64,000 bases of DNA from Nitrospinales bacterium (GTDB taxonomy: Bacteria; Nitrospinota; Nitrospinia; Nitrospinales; VA-1), in assembly GCA_965223345.1 (NCBI GenBank), contig CBDCWG010000012.1:1408001-1472000 (forward strand), in the 5' to 3' direction. Positions 18,402 through 27,422 of the stretch are shown piece after piece. Below the pieces are notes generated by a model that ran no database searches, had not been told where the DNA came from, and saw nothing but the letters and a program-made list of their open reading frames with translations. The position numbers and the translations under genes were made by a program. The first letter of the stretch is position 1. Each line of letters starts with the position of its first letter.

Positions 18402-19301
18402 TCAGAACGTGAGCACGAAATCGACGTTGGTGCGCCAGTCGAACAGGTCTTCCCGCTCGGTGATGGGGAACTCGTAACCCGCACCCATCTGGATGTGATC
18501 GGTGAAACGGTAGCGCGCGCCCACGCCGAAGGTCACGACGGTGCCGGAGTCGGTGCTGCCGAAATTGAACACATCGTTGCCTTCAAAATCGTCGATCCCG
18601 GTGCGTGTGCCGTCGTCGATGGTGGTCTGGCCGTTCAGCTCGAGTATCGGGAAAAAATTCCGGAACAGTTCGTAATCGACGTGTGCCGACCAGTGCCAGA
18701 AGGAGCTGTCGTTGTCGCCGTCGATGGCCAGATCCAGTCCGGTGCTGCCCTACACGCCGAGTTTGCCGAACCCCTGCGCACCGGTGACGAACAGGTCGAT
18801 CAAGCCGTCGCCGCTGCCCTGCAGCTGGATGCCGGCGGTGGACAGGGACCCCGTCGGCGCTTCGTACTCGACGCCCACGGTGAGGATCCTGTCATTCTTG
18901 GGATCGGAGATGAGCGCGTATTTGAAGCCGAATGAGATGTTGAGGAATCCGTCGGTGTCCGGCAGCACGCTGTCGAACTGCACGTCCGCGTAGCCGTCCT
19001 TGGTGGCGATGAAGCCGAGGCGTTCCGTCAGGGCCACGCGCAGCTCAAGGGCGAACAGGTTCACCTGGCCGCCTCCGGTCACAAACGAGTCCGGCACATT
19101 GTGGTGGATGAAAATCGGACGCGCCTCGGTGGTGATGTAGGGTGTTTCGTTGAAAATCGGGTTGGACAGCGGAGGCACGTAGCGCTGATGCTTTCCTTCC
19201 CCGAGGGAGCCGTGAAAATCGAAGTCAAAAGCCTGTGCGGGTTGGGTGAATAACAGAATGAAACTGAGTGCGCATACAGCGAGGGGAAATCGGGCCTTCA
19301 T
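18402..19301 (-). pseudogene. Outer-membrane beta-barrel protein gene interrupted by one in-frame TAG (18750-18752)
   Basis: Signal peptide; the frame continues past TAG as GSTGLDLAIDGDNDSSFWHWSAHVDYELF...WRTNVDFVLTF-stop, ending in Phe. Confidence 0.8.
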
Positions 19302-19445
19302 CTCGGGTGCCTCCTTGTCAATGTCAGGGTGGATACATGCAGGAAGACACCTGAAGGTGGGTTTTATTCCCCTTTTGCCGCGAATAAACGGGATATCCTT
19401 GTGCCGAACGGCAAGCAGCGGCGGAGGCCGGGCGAGAAGAGAGGT

Positions 19446-21296
19446 TCAGTCCCGGGGCAGTTTGGGGCTGTTGGCGCCTGTGATGTTGCCCGTGTTTTCA
19501 GCGCCGTTTTGCTCCGGTGAAAAACTGATCACCGTGTCTCCGGGTTTGGGCGAGGCGTTGGATTCGGGGAAGTTGAAATCGACGGTGCCTTTTTCATGGA
19601 TGAGCATGATGGGTTCCAGTTTTCCCTCGTTGGTTTCGAGGAATTTTGCATAATCGAATTCCTTGGTGAGCCGGGTTTTTTTGAACCGCCAACCCCGGAA
19701 CCAGCGGCTGATCCAGTCCTCGTGCAGCAGATCCTTGTTGAACGCCACCCGGCCGCGCGAGGCGCTGCGCACCTCCTTGCTTTCTTCCTTCGATTCGTGC
19801 ACTTGCAGCTGATAGACTTTATCGCGGCCGAAGTGGCTGACAAACGCGTTGCACACCAGCGCGTTGTAGGCGTCGTTGCCGGTGGCCGCGAGCAGGTAGC
19901 CCAAGTCGGACAGTTCCAGGTAGGCTTCCCGGTTTTCCGACAGGATCTCGCCGTAGTGGATCGGCAGGCCTTCCAGGCGGGCGCCTTTCAGACTGTGCCA
20001 GGAACTGTCCACCAGCAGGACCGGCAGTCCGGAGTCGGACAGGATCCGCGCCAGTCCGATGCTCCAGGCGTTGGATCCCACGATCAGCACGCCTTCGCGG
20101 TGGCTCGTGGCCAGGCCCAGTTTGTTCGCCAGCCATTGAATGCTGAACCCGTGCAGGAGGACGGTGGCAAAAATCACGGAAAAGATCAGCGGGCTCAACA
20201 GGTGCGCGTCCGCATAGCCGCGCTCCGCCAGTTCCAGCCCGACGAATCCCGCGACGGAAGCGGCGACGATGCCCCGGGGCGCGATCCAGCCTATGAACAG
20301 TTTTTCCTGCCATTTCAGACCCGAGCCGAATGTGGCGATCCAGACCGCCGCCGGCCGGACAAAAAACAGAAAGCCGACCAGGAAGGCGACGCCGCGCCAG
20401 TCGAGATTCGCGATGGCCTTCAGGTCGGTGTCTGCGGTCAGGATGATGAACACCACCGAGACCAGGATGAGCGTGATGTGTTCCTTGAACTGCCTCAGCT
20501 CGTAGATGATGAGCATGTTGATGTTGCCCATGGTCATGCCCAAGACGGTCACCGCCAGCAGCCCGATCTCTTCCTGCATGAGGTTGGCCACGACGTACAC
20601 CGACAGCACGGTGGAAAACACGATGGGCAGTTTGAGAAACTCCGGAGCGTGCCCTTTTTCGAAAAGAAATTTCAAAAGGTAGCCCGCCGCGATGCCGAGC
20701 AGCACCGCAACGGCGATCGCGCCCGCCAGATGGAAAAAAGTCGCCTGTGTCAGCGGCAGGGTGCCGGTCAGCACCAGAAATTCAAAAACCAGGACGGCCA
20801 GCAGCACGCCGATGGGATCGTTGATGATGCCTTCCCATTTCAGAATGAGGGAGGTGCGGGCTTCCAGCTTGGTGCGCCGGATCAGCGGCAGGATGACGGT
20901 GGGACCGGTGACCACCAGTATGGCGGATGCGAGCAGGGAGACGGTGACCGAAAACCCGCCCACCCAGCGGCACACCAGGTAACCGAAACCGAACGACAGC
21001 GGCAGGCCCACCAGGATCAACTGCCACAAGGCGCGGCCCGCGCGTTTGAGTTCGTGGAACCTGAGGTTCAGCCCGGCTTCGAACAGGATGATGGCGACCG
21101 CCAGTTTGATGATGGCGGGCAGCAGGGTGCCGAAATCCTCACTGGGGTTGATCCAGTCGAGAAGCGGCCCCAGCACGATCCCCGTGATCGAGAAAAGGAT
21201 GATGGAGGGAAATTTCAGACGCCAGGAAACCCATTGGGAGAGAATCCCCAATATGATGATGAGGGCCACCTGATGGACGATGTTGATGGATTCCAT
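19446..21296 (-). CDS. Cation:proton antiporter (CPA1/NhaP type) with a C-terminal TrkA-N-like domain
   Basis: Many TM helices, VTGPTVI.P, EGIINDPIG, IAPRGIVAAS, VLIVGSN. Confidence 0.9.
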   Translation of the reverse strand: MESINIVHQVALIIILGILSQWVSWRLKFPSIILFSITGIVLGPLLDWINPSEDFGTLLPAIIKLAVAIILFEAGLNLRFHELKRAGRALWQLILVGLPLSFGFGYLVCRWVGGFSVTVSLLASAILVVTGPTVILPLIRRTKLEARTSLILKWEGIINDPIGVLLAVLVFEFLVLTGTLPLTQATFFHLAGAIAVAVLLGIAAGYLLKFLFEKGHAPEFLKLPIVFSTVLSVYVVANLMQEEIGLLAVTVLGMTMGNINMLIIYELRQFKEHITLILVSVVFIILTADTDLKAIANLDWRGVAFLVGFLFFVRPAAVWIATFGSGLKWQEKLFIGWIAPRGIVAASVAGFVGLELAERGYADAHLLSPLIFSVIFATVLLHGFSIQWLANKLGLATSHREGVLIVGSNAWSIGLARILSDSGLPVLLVDSSWHSLKGARLEGLPIHYGEILSENREAYLELSDLGYLLAATGNDAYNALVCNAFVSHFGRDKVYQLQVHESKEESKEVRSASRGRVAFNKDLLHEDWISRWFRGWRFKKTRLTKEFDYAKFLETNEGKLEPIMLIHEKGTVDFNFPESNASPKPGDTVISFSPEQNGAENTGNITGANSPKLPRD

Positions 21297-21521
21297 GTGG
21301 ATGCGATTTTCAGAATGGAATTGTCGATGCCGGAAGGACTCTTCACCACGATGAGGCCGGAGACATTATAACGTAGCTGGTTGCGATTGGGGGCGTCATC
21401 GTAAAAAAACGCTGTCGAGGAATTATCTTGCGGCATGAATTCAAAAATGGAAAAAAATAAGGCACAATGGAGTCTGGGCCACTTTTTTGGGTTTGGCTCG
21501 ATCCTGAAAGGAAACCGCCTT

Positions 21522-22670
21522 TTGATCGACCGCAAGGATATCGAAGAAACGGAAAAGACGGCGCTGGCGCCCTACGCGGTGCGCAGCGGCGCGAGCCGCG
21601 GCCGGCAGCATGCGGAACCGGAGCACCCCTACCGCACGCGTTTCCAGCGGGACCGGGACCGGGTGATCCACTGTTCGGCGTTTCGCAGGCTGGAATACAA
21701 GACCCAGGTGTTCGTCTACCACGAGGGCGATTATTACCGCACGCGCCTCACGCATTCGCTGGAAGTGGCGCAGATCGCCCGCTCGATCTGCAAATCCCTG
21801 CAGCTCAATGAGGACCTGGCGGAAGCGATCGCGCTGTCGCACGATCTGGGGCACCCGCCGTTCGGGCACACCGGGCAGAATGTGTTGAACAAGCTGATGC
21901 AGGATCACGGCGGCTTCGAGCACAACAAGCAGAGCCTGCGCATCGTGAAATTGCTGGAGAAACGTTACCCGGAGTTTGCAGGGCTCAACCTCACCTGGGA
22001 GGTGCTGGAGGGGATCAGCAAGCATTCCAAAGACGCGGAAAACCCCATCACGCAGCAGGACGGTTTCCGCTACCCCTCTTTGGAAGCGCAGGTGGCCGAT
22101 TTCGCCGACGGCATCGCCTACAACGCCCACGACATGGACGACGGCATCACCTCGGACCTGCTGGACCTGACGGAACTGAGGAAGGTGGCTTTGTGGACGG
22201 AGAACGAGGCCTGGCTGGATGAGAAATACACCAACCTCGATTTCAAGTTGAAGAAATATCAGATCGTGCGCCGCATCATCAACGATCTGATCACGGATTT
22301 TCGCGAATGCACGCTCAAAAATCTCAAGGCCCTGGACATCGGCAGCGCCGACGACATCCGCCGCGCTCCCGGACGGGTGGCGGGTTTCAGCCCGGAGACC
22401 GACGCCAAGAACAAAGAGCTCAAGCATTTTTTGTTCAAGAACATGTACACGCACCGCAAGGTCCGGCGCATGGAATTCAAAGCCAAACTGTATCTATCGG
22501 AAATATTTCAGGCGTACATCAAGATCCCGGAACTGCTGCCGGGAACGTTGTTGGACGGCAACGATGCGGTTCCGTTCGAGCGGCGGTTGTGCGATTACAT
22601 TTCCGGAATGACCGACCGGTACGCCATCCGGGAATACAAGCGTCTGTTCACGCCGGACGAGAAAGAGTGA
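21522..22670 (+). CDS. dgt: Deoxyguanosinetriphosphate triphosphohydrolase (dGTPase)
   Basis: FQRDRDRVIHCSAFRRLEYKTQVF, RTRLTHSLEVAQIAR, HDLGHPPFGH, DYISGMTDRYA; TTG start after GAAAGGA. Confidence 0.93.
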   Translation: MIDRKDIEETEKTALAPYAVRSGASRGRQHAEPEHPYRTRFQRDRDRVIHCSAFRRLEYKTQVFVYHEGDYYRTRLTHSLEVAQIARSICKSLQLNEDLAEAIALSHDLGHPPFGHTGQNVLNKLMQDHGGFEHNKQSLRIVKLLEKRYPEFAGLNLTWEVLEGISKHSKDAENPITQQDGFRYPSLEAQVADFADGIAYNAHDMDDGITSDLLDLTELRKVALWTENEAWLDEKYTNLDFKLKKYQIVRRIINDLITDFRECTLKNLKALDIGSADDIRRAPGRVAGFSPETDAKNKELKHFLFKNMYTHRKVRRMEFKAKLYLSEIFQAYIKIPELLPGTLLDGNDAVPFERRLCDYISGMTDRYAIREYKRLFTPDEKE

Positions 22671-22787
22671 GGAAAAACTTCCCAGCCGGTTCCCACCGTC
22701 CCCTGGGGGGAATCGGGCTGGCGATTTTATTAGGAAAAGGGAAGGGCGGTTGTGTGTTCGCTTCCCAGGGTTTTTATCTCGGAATGT

Positions 22788-23000
22788 TCATTTCCTTTTG
22801 TATTCATCGGAAAAATCTGGAAATTCGACATCGAGAATGTCCCGGATCATGCGGGGCACCCGGCCCTTGGCGAGCTTGCCGATGTAGATGTCGTTGGTGG
22901 CTTCGTGGAAGCTTTTCCAGTGTTCCCGGCTCAATTCCTGCTTGGTGATCAGTTTTTTCAGTTTTCCGTCCGGGCCAAATATTCGAACCTCGTGAAGCAT
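22788..23000 (-). CDS. Small hypothetical protein
   Basis: GAGGTG RBS before ATG; MLHEVRIFGPDGKLKKLIT... Confidence 0.65.
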   Translation of the reverse strand: MLHEVRIFGPDGKLKKLITKQELSREHWKSFHEATNDIYIGKLAKGRVPRMIRDILDVEFPDFSDEYKRK

Positions 23001-23114
23001 AATGCACCTCCCCATTGGGTTGATCTCACTCGCCGCATTGCCGTTGGGCAGCAAGTATGTTGTTAATTAATATAATTTTGCCCCGCCGGATTCCTAAGGA
23101 GGGCCGTCACATAT

Positions 23115-23136
23115 AATTGTGATGTAAATTACATTT
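23115..23136. promoter_or_regulatory. CRP/FNR-family binding site
   Basis: AATTGTGATGTAAATTACATTT vs CRP consensus AAATGTGA-N6-TCACATTT, between divergent genes. Confidence 0.6.
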
Positions 23137-23239
23137 ACCGGAGGGGTTCGTGTAAGGAATGGCTGCGGATTTGGTGAGGATCGCAAGGGACGCCGCTTGG
23201 GCTGTTTGGGCTAAATTATCGATTTAAAAGGCTGAATTT

Positions 23240-23818
23240 ATGAAAACCGTACGAGCGATCTGTGTCTTCTGCGCTTCCAGCTCCCAGGTGGACCCGGTGT
23301 TTCTGGAAACCGCGACGGAGCTGGGGCGTCAGATGGGACGGCTGGGTGTGGAGTTGATTTACGGCGGCGCTTCGATCGGCCTGATGGGCTGTGTGGCGCG
23401 CGGCGTGCACGAGGAGGGCGGGCACGTGACCGGCGTGCTGCCGGCGTTTTTCAAGAAAAAGGACATCGAATATCGGGAGGCCGACCGGCTGATCGTCACG
23501 AAGGACATGCGCGAACGCAAGGCGGTGCTCGATGCGCGCGCCAACGGCTTCATCGTGCTGCCCGGCGGCATCGGCACGCTGGAGGAGGCGATGGAGATCC
23601 TCTCCATGCGGCAGCTCAAGCTGACGGACAAGCCGCTGGTGTTCGTCAACACGCAGGGGTTTTACGGCGGGTTGATCGCGCATTTGCAGGAGATCGTCGA
23701 ACTGCGCTTCGCCAAGCCCAACACGCTCGATCTGTTCGGCGTGGCCGCCGATCCCAAAGAAGCGCTCGACTATATTTTCAACTACGAGTCTTCCGGTCCT
23801 GCGCCGGACAAGGTGTGA
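23240..23818 (+). CDS. LOG family nucleotide phosphoribohydrolase (TIGR00730-like)
   Basis: ICVFCASS, LIYGG...GLMG, MRERK, LPGGIGTLEE. Confidence 0.92.
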   Translation: MKTVRAICVFCASSSQVDPVFLETATELGRQMGRLGVELIYGGASIGLMGCVARGVHEEGGHVTGVLPAFFKKKDIEYREADRLIVTKDMRERKAVLDARANGFIVLPGGIGTLEEAMEILSMRQLKLTDKPLVFVNTQGFYGGLIAHLQEIVELRFAKPNTLDLFGVAADPKEALDYIFNYESSGPAPDKV

Positions 23819-23877
23819 GGGATGACGAACAGAGGGGAAGCGTGAAAATTAAAGTGGGGGCGTAAAGCCCGAACGGG

Positions 23878-24579
23878 CTAGTTGGCCTGTACGGTCAAAT
23901 CCGGGTGGATGGCTTCCTTGAGGAAGTTTTCGATGTAGTTGAGGGTTCCGGTGGTGGAGCTGGGGCAGCTGCCGCAGGCGCCCTGGTAGTGGATCTTGAC
24001 GACGTTGCCCTCGATGCCGAGAATGTCGAGCCCGCCGCCGTCGTTGGAGAGCGCTGGGCGGATCGCCACGTCCAGCAGCGCCTCGATCACTTTGGTCTTT
24101 TCCTCGTTGCTGCAGCTTGGGAAATCCTCTTTGCGGAACCCCTGCAGCACCGGCTCCAGATCGGTGGTCGCCTCTTTGGGCGCGTCTCCACTTTCGTAGA
24201 AACGCAGATACTGTTCCAGCGTCGCGCCGATTTTTTCGGTCACGGTGTGCCAGCCCACCACATTGGATTTCGTCACGGTGACGAAGTTTTCCTTGAGGAA
24301 CACGTTCTCGATGCCAAAGATGCCAAAAAGGGCTTCCGCCATGCTGTCGCCGATGGCTTCCTCGGCGGTGTTGAAGGATTTGGTGCCCGAGGCGATGACG
24401 GGGCCGTTCATGATGAACTGAAAGGCGTCGGGATTCGGGGTCGGCTGGATGCGCACCACTTTGAACGCACCGCTGCCCCCGGAAGCCGGGGCTTCCGTCT
24501 GTGCCGCCTGAGCGGGGCTTTCAGTGGACTCGGAATCTTTTCCGAACCACTTGCCGAATAGGGAGTCGATCCATCCCAT
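23878..24579 (-). CDS. Nfu/NifU-family Fe-S cluster carrier (N-terminal scaffold plus NifU-C)
   Basis: IQPTPNPDAFQF; IRPALSNDGGGL...YQGACGSCPSS. Confidence 0.92.
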   Translation of the reverse strand: MGWIDSLFGKWFGKDSESTESPAQAAQTEAPASGGSGAFKVVRIQPTPNPDAFQFIMNGPVIASGTKSFNTAEEAIGDSMAEALFGIFGIENVFLKENFVTVTKSNVVGWHTVTEKIGATLEQYLRFYESGDAPKEATTDLEPVLQGFRKEDFPSCSNEEKTKVIEALLDVAIRPALSNDGGGLDILGIEGNVVKIHYQGACGSCPSSTTGTLNYIENFLKEAIHPDLTVQAN

Positions 24580-24660
24580 GCCGAGATTCCTTTAGAGGCG
24601 GAACGTGCCGCCGGTGAGCGGGAATGCGGTGTTTCCAACCCCTCCATTAGAGCAGATATT

Positions 24661-25191
24661 TCAGCCGATCTCAAGCGATTGCAGGGTTTTTGTGAAAACG
24701 GCGAGGCTGTCCGCGTCGAACAAAACGAAGCGCACGGTCCGGAGCCCGGTTTCCCCCTGCAGGTGGTCGGCGGCCGCCTGGAGCAGGATGCGGGCGGCCG
24801 GTTCGAGGGGAAAGCCGTAAACGCCGGTGGAGAGGGCGGGCAGGGCGATGGAGCGCAGTTTCAGCTCGTCCGCGCGTTTCAGGCTGTGGCTGAGCGCACC
24901 CCGCAGCTTGGTCTCTTCGTCGCCTTCGCCCCATTGCGGGCCGACGGCGTGGATGACATAGGCTGCAGGCAGATTGCCGCCGCGGGTCACCACCGCTTCG
25001 CCGACCGGGCAGTCGCCCAGGGCGTCGCATTCCTGCTGGATTTGCGGCCCGCCCTTTTTGCGGATCGCGCCGGCGACGCCGGCGCCCAGGATCAGCTGGG
25101 AATTGGCGGCGTTGACGATGGCGTCGGTCGTGCTTTCGGTGATGTCGCCCTGCAGCAGCTCGATCTCAGACTGGTTCACCCGGACTTTCAT
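24661..25191 (-). CDS. Macro domain protein (O-acetyl-ADP-ribose deacetylase-like)
   Basis: GDIT...DAIVNAANSQL..GAGVAGAI, VIHAVGP, SIALPALSTGVYGFP. Confidence 0.93.
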   Translation of the reverse strand: MKVRVNQSEIELLQGDITESTTDAIVNAANSQLILGAGVAGAIRKKGGPQIQQECDALGDCPVGEAVVTRGGNLPAAYVIHAVGPQWGEGDEETKLRGALSHSLKRADELKLRSIALPALSTGVYGFPLEPAARILLQAAADHLQGETGLRTVRFVLFDADSLAVFTKTLQSLEIG

Positions 25192-25619
25192 TGTCCTGTA
25201 GAGCCGAAGCCGTTGTCCCCCCGGTCGGAATCCTCCAGGCTGTCCACCGGCACGAACTGCACGCGCTCCACCTTCTGCACCAGAAGCTGGGCGATGCGGT
25301 CTCCGGGCTGGACGCGGTGATCGGAGTCGGTGTGGTTGAACAACAGCACTTTCACCTCGCCGCGGTAGCCGGCGTCGATCACACCGGCGCCGCAATCGAG
25401 CCCTTGCTTCACGGCCAGGCCGCTGCGCGGCCAGACGAGCCCGACGCAGCCGGGAGGCAGTTTGATGCGGATTCCGGTGGCGACCAGTTTGCGGCCGCGC
25501 GCTGGAACGATTTCCTCCACGGCGGATCTCAGGTCCGCGCCCGCATCCCCCGGATGGGCGTACTGCGGCAGGGCGTCTCCGGAAACCTGACAAGCGAGGC
25601 GATTCGATTGGGTGAGCAT
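25188..25619 (-). CDS. dut: dUTP diphosphatase
   Basis: GDAGADL, PRSGLA, GVIDAGYRGEV, GDRIAQL, RGDNGFGSTG. Confidence 0.96.
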   Translation of the reverse strand: MLTQSNRLACQVSGDALPQYAHPGDAGADLRSAVEEIVPARGRKLVATGIRIKLPPGCVGLVWPRSGLAVKQGLDCGAGVIDAGYRGEVKVLLFNHTDSDHRVQPGDRIAQLLVQKVERVQFVPVDSLEDSDRGDNGFGSTGQ

Positions 25620-25651
25620 GGGCCGGTCCGATTTTTTGGGTTCAGGGGGTC

Positions 25652-25680
25652 ACTATAATCCAGGCGCTGCGGGGAGGCAA
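25652..25680 (-). promoter_or_regulatory. Sigma70-type promoter for dut
   Basis: TTGCCT-N17-TATAGT on the minus strand. Confidence 0.55.
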
Positions 25681-25795
25681 GACGGAGGCGTGCGATGCGG
25701 CGGGGAGGGCGCGGCGGGCGGGAAAGCCCGCGCGGTGTGAAATATGAAACGCGTTTATGAAAGAATGCCTCGCCCGTTCCCGATCCAACGTGACT

Positions 25796-26128
25796 TCAAA
25801 AAACGGCACTTGGAAACAGACCCGTCCTTGACATGGGATTGGGCGTTGAATCTGGGGTCGCCGGATAGGACAGGCGAGGCATTAAAAATCGAGAAAGGAG
25901 GCGGGTTACTATTTTGGCAGGCCAGACCACCTGGGCCACGTCCTGCTCGAAAAAAGAGGATCCATTGTCTTTGTACGCCAATTGGTAGGGTTTCTCTTGC
26001 CGATACAACTGCAGGTTTCGGCTGGCGCTCGTTGCATATGGGGGTATGGGAAGGGGTTTGAGACTGGCGTACATCCCATTGGCAATCATCCTTTTCTTGA
26101 AAGAATTTTGGGGATGTGTCTCGTTCAA
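25796..26128 (-). CDS. Hypothetical protein downstream of the NrdR-box promoter
   Basis: 110-aa ORF with GAAGAGAGG before a TTG start; no recognisable domain. Confidence 0.35.
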   Translation of the reverse strand: MNETHPQNSFKKRMIANGMYASLKPLPIPPYATSASRNLQLYRQEKPYQLAYKDNGSSFFEQDVAQVVWPAKIVTRLLSRFLMPRLSYPATPDSTPNPMSRTGLFPSAVF

Positions 26129-26267
26129 AATGGAAGCCTCTCTTCGTAGTAACCCGCCGCTGGAAGTTCTAAGCCGCGAAATGCTGACGGCGGTCCTGAA
26201 ATGGGTGAAAAAAATTATTAATATGCCGATAAAACCTAGATTTCATAACCTGTTAGGGCTGGTCGAA

Positions 26268-26314
26268 CACCCTTATCTAGTGTGGCCAGAGAACGGTACC
26301 ACTACATATAGTGG
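26268..26314. promoter_or_regulatory. Tandem NrdR-like boxes (pair 1) overlapping a leftward sigma70 promoter
   Basis: CACCCTTATCTAGTGT (26268) and CCACTACATATAGTGG (26299), 31 bp apart; minus-strand TTGACA (26322-26317)-N18-TACCGT with an extended TG. Confidence 0.7.
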
Positions 26315-26423
26315 CCTGTCAAGCGATAAAAATTATAGCCAGAGCGAATTTATTGCTTGCTCAATAAAATCAATGATTTGCCCGGCTGATTTTTTTCCGG
26401 ACATCCGATTTTTTCACCCCCGA

Positions 26424-26470
26424 ATACTACATAATGTGTCCTGGGACTTCGCATAATCTACATATTGTGG
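26424..26470. promoter_or_regulatory. Tandem NrdR-like boxes (pair 2)
   Basis: ATACTACATAATGTGT (26424) and AATCTACATATTGTGG (26455), 31 bp apart. Confidence 0.65.
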
Positions 26471-26629
26471 GTCCCTGATTCCTGCGAGCGGTGCCCCGGC
26501 CGGAAATATCGGAGCGGGGGCTTACAATTCAAAGACCTGCACGATGAGGATCGGGGGAGAACCGCATTTGCAGGGCGGGGTGCCGGGAAGCCCCACTTAA
26601 CCCTATGAAATTAAAGGAAAAATTTTTTC

Positions 26630-26638
26630 TGTGGATAA
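26630..26638 (-). promoter_or_regulatory. Perfect DnaA box
   Basis: TGTGGATAA is the reverse complement of TTATCCACA; single copy. Confidence 0.4.
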
Positions 26639-26847
26639 AATTGTGAGTTTCGTCCTTTCACCCCGTGTTCCCGGGGTTCCACCTTGGCCCCTCTGAAGCG
26701 GATTATCCGTTCCGAAACGGATTCTGCGGCCTTCTGAGCTGCATTTGCATGCAAACGCGTGACCGGGGTCACATCCGCGACCGGTTGTCCTGCGATTTTT
26801 CCGCCCGCGCATGATCCGGGTGCAAGATTTCACAACCGCGCCGCCGT

Positions 26848-27213
26848 TCACGGAAACAGATAACGGATGCTCTGCGTGTCGATGCGGCTGTAATGCCCTT
26901 CGGGCTGGCAGCGCGCGAGAAAAAAACAGTCTTCCGTCCCCAGGTCGCACAGATATTCCACCGCAAGTTGTTTGCTCCGGCACTGCGGGCAGCCGCTGCC
27001 CGCGAGATGCGCTTTCACCTTGTCCAGCAGGTCTTCGCGGGCTTTGAAGTCCTGAGTGACGACGAATTTGTGATGGCAGTGCCCGCACACCGCATGGGTG
27101 TCGCAGGCAGACCGCGGCAGCTCGCAGCTCAGCTTGACCTCAAAGCGTGTGTTGAGACAGACCGGACAGGGGATGTTTTGGACGAGTGCTTCCACCACTT
27201 CCAGCGGGTTCAT
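26848..27213 (-). CDS. Cysteine-rich putative zinc-binding protein
   Basis: CPVC, C-x6-C, CGHC, CPQC, C-x6-C, C-x4-H in 121 aa. Confidence 0.75.
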   Translation of the reverse strand: MNPLEVVEALVQNIPCPVCLNTRFEVKLSCELPRSACDTHAVCGHCHHKFVVTQDFKAREDLLDKVKAHLAGSGCPQCRSKQLAVEYLCDLGTEDCFFLARCQPEGHYSRIDTQSIRYLFP

Positions 27214-27422
27214 GATCCACGCTCCTTTCCGCCCCCCCCCCCTCCTGGATTTTGTCAGCAGTTTGATACAGGGTCGCGGCAGCGCGGGTTTCCTTTCGTC
27301 CTTGCGGGCGGCTGGAACACAGAGATCTTCTCAAGCGGTTGATTTTTAAGATTGACTTGTGCGAGGCGGGGGGAGCCGTGCGCCCGGATCGGATGGGATC
27401 GATGAGGGAGAAAAAAACGGGG

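Noticed and set aside
18750..18752. Pyrrolysine or genome-wide TAG recoding
   Set aside because: TAG is a normal stop for other genes here (aminotransferase, nfu, permease, cytidylyltransferase, ttrA), and no pyl genes are in the window.
26200..26720. Chromosomal replication origin
   Set aside because: Only one perfect DnaA box, no box array, and no dnaA/dnaN/gidA nearby; better explained as a regulatory region.
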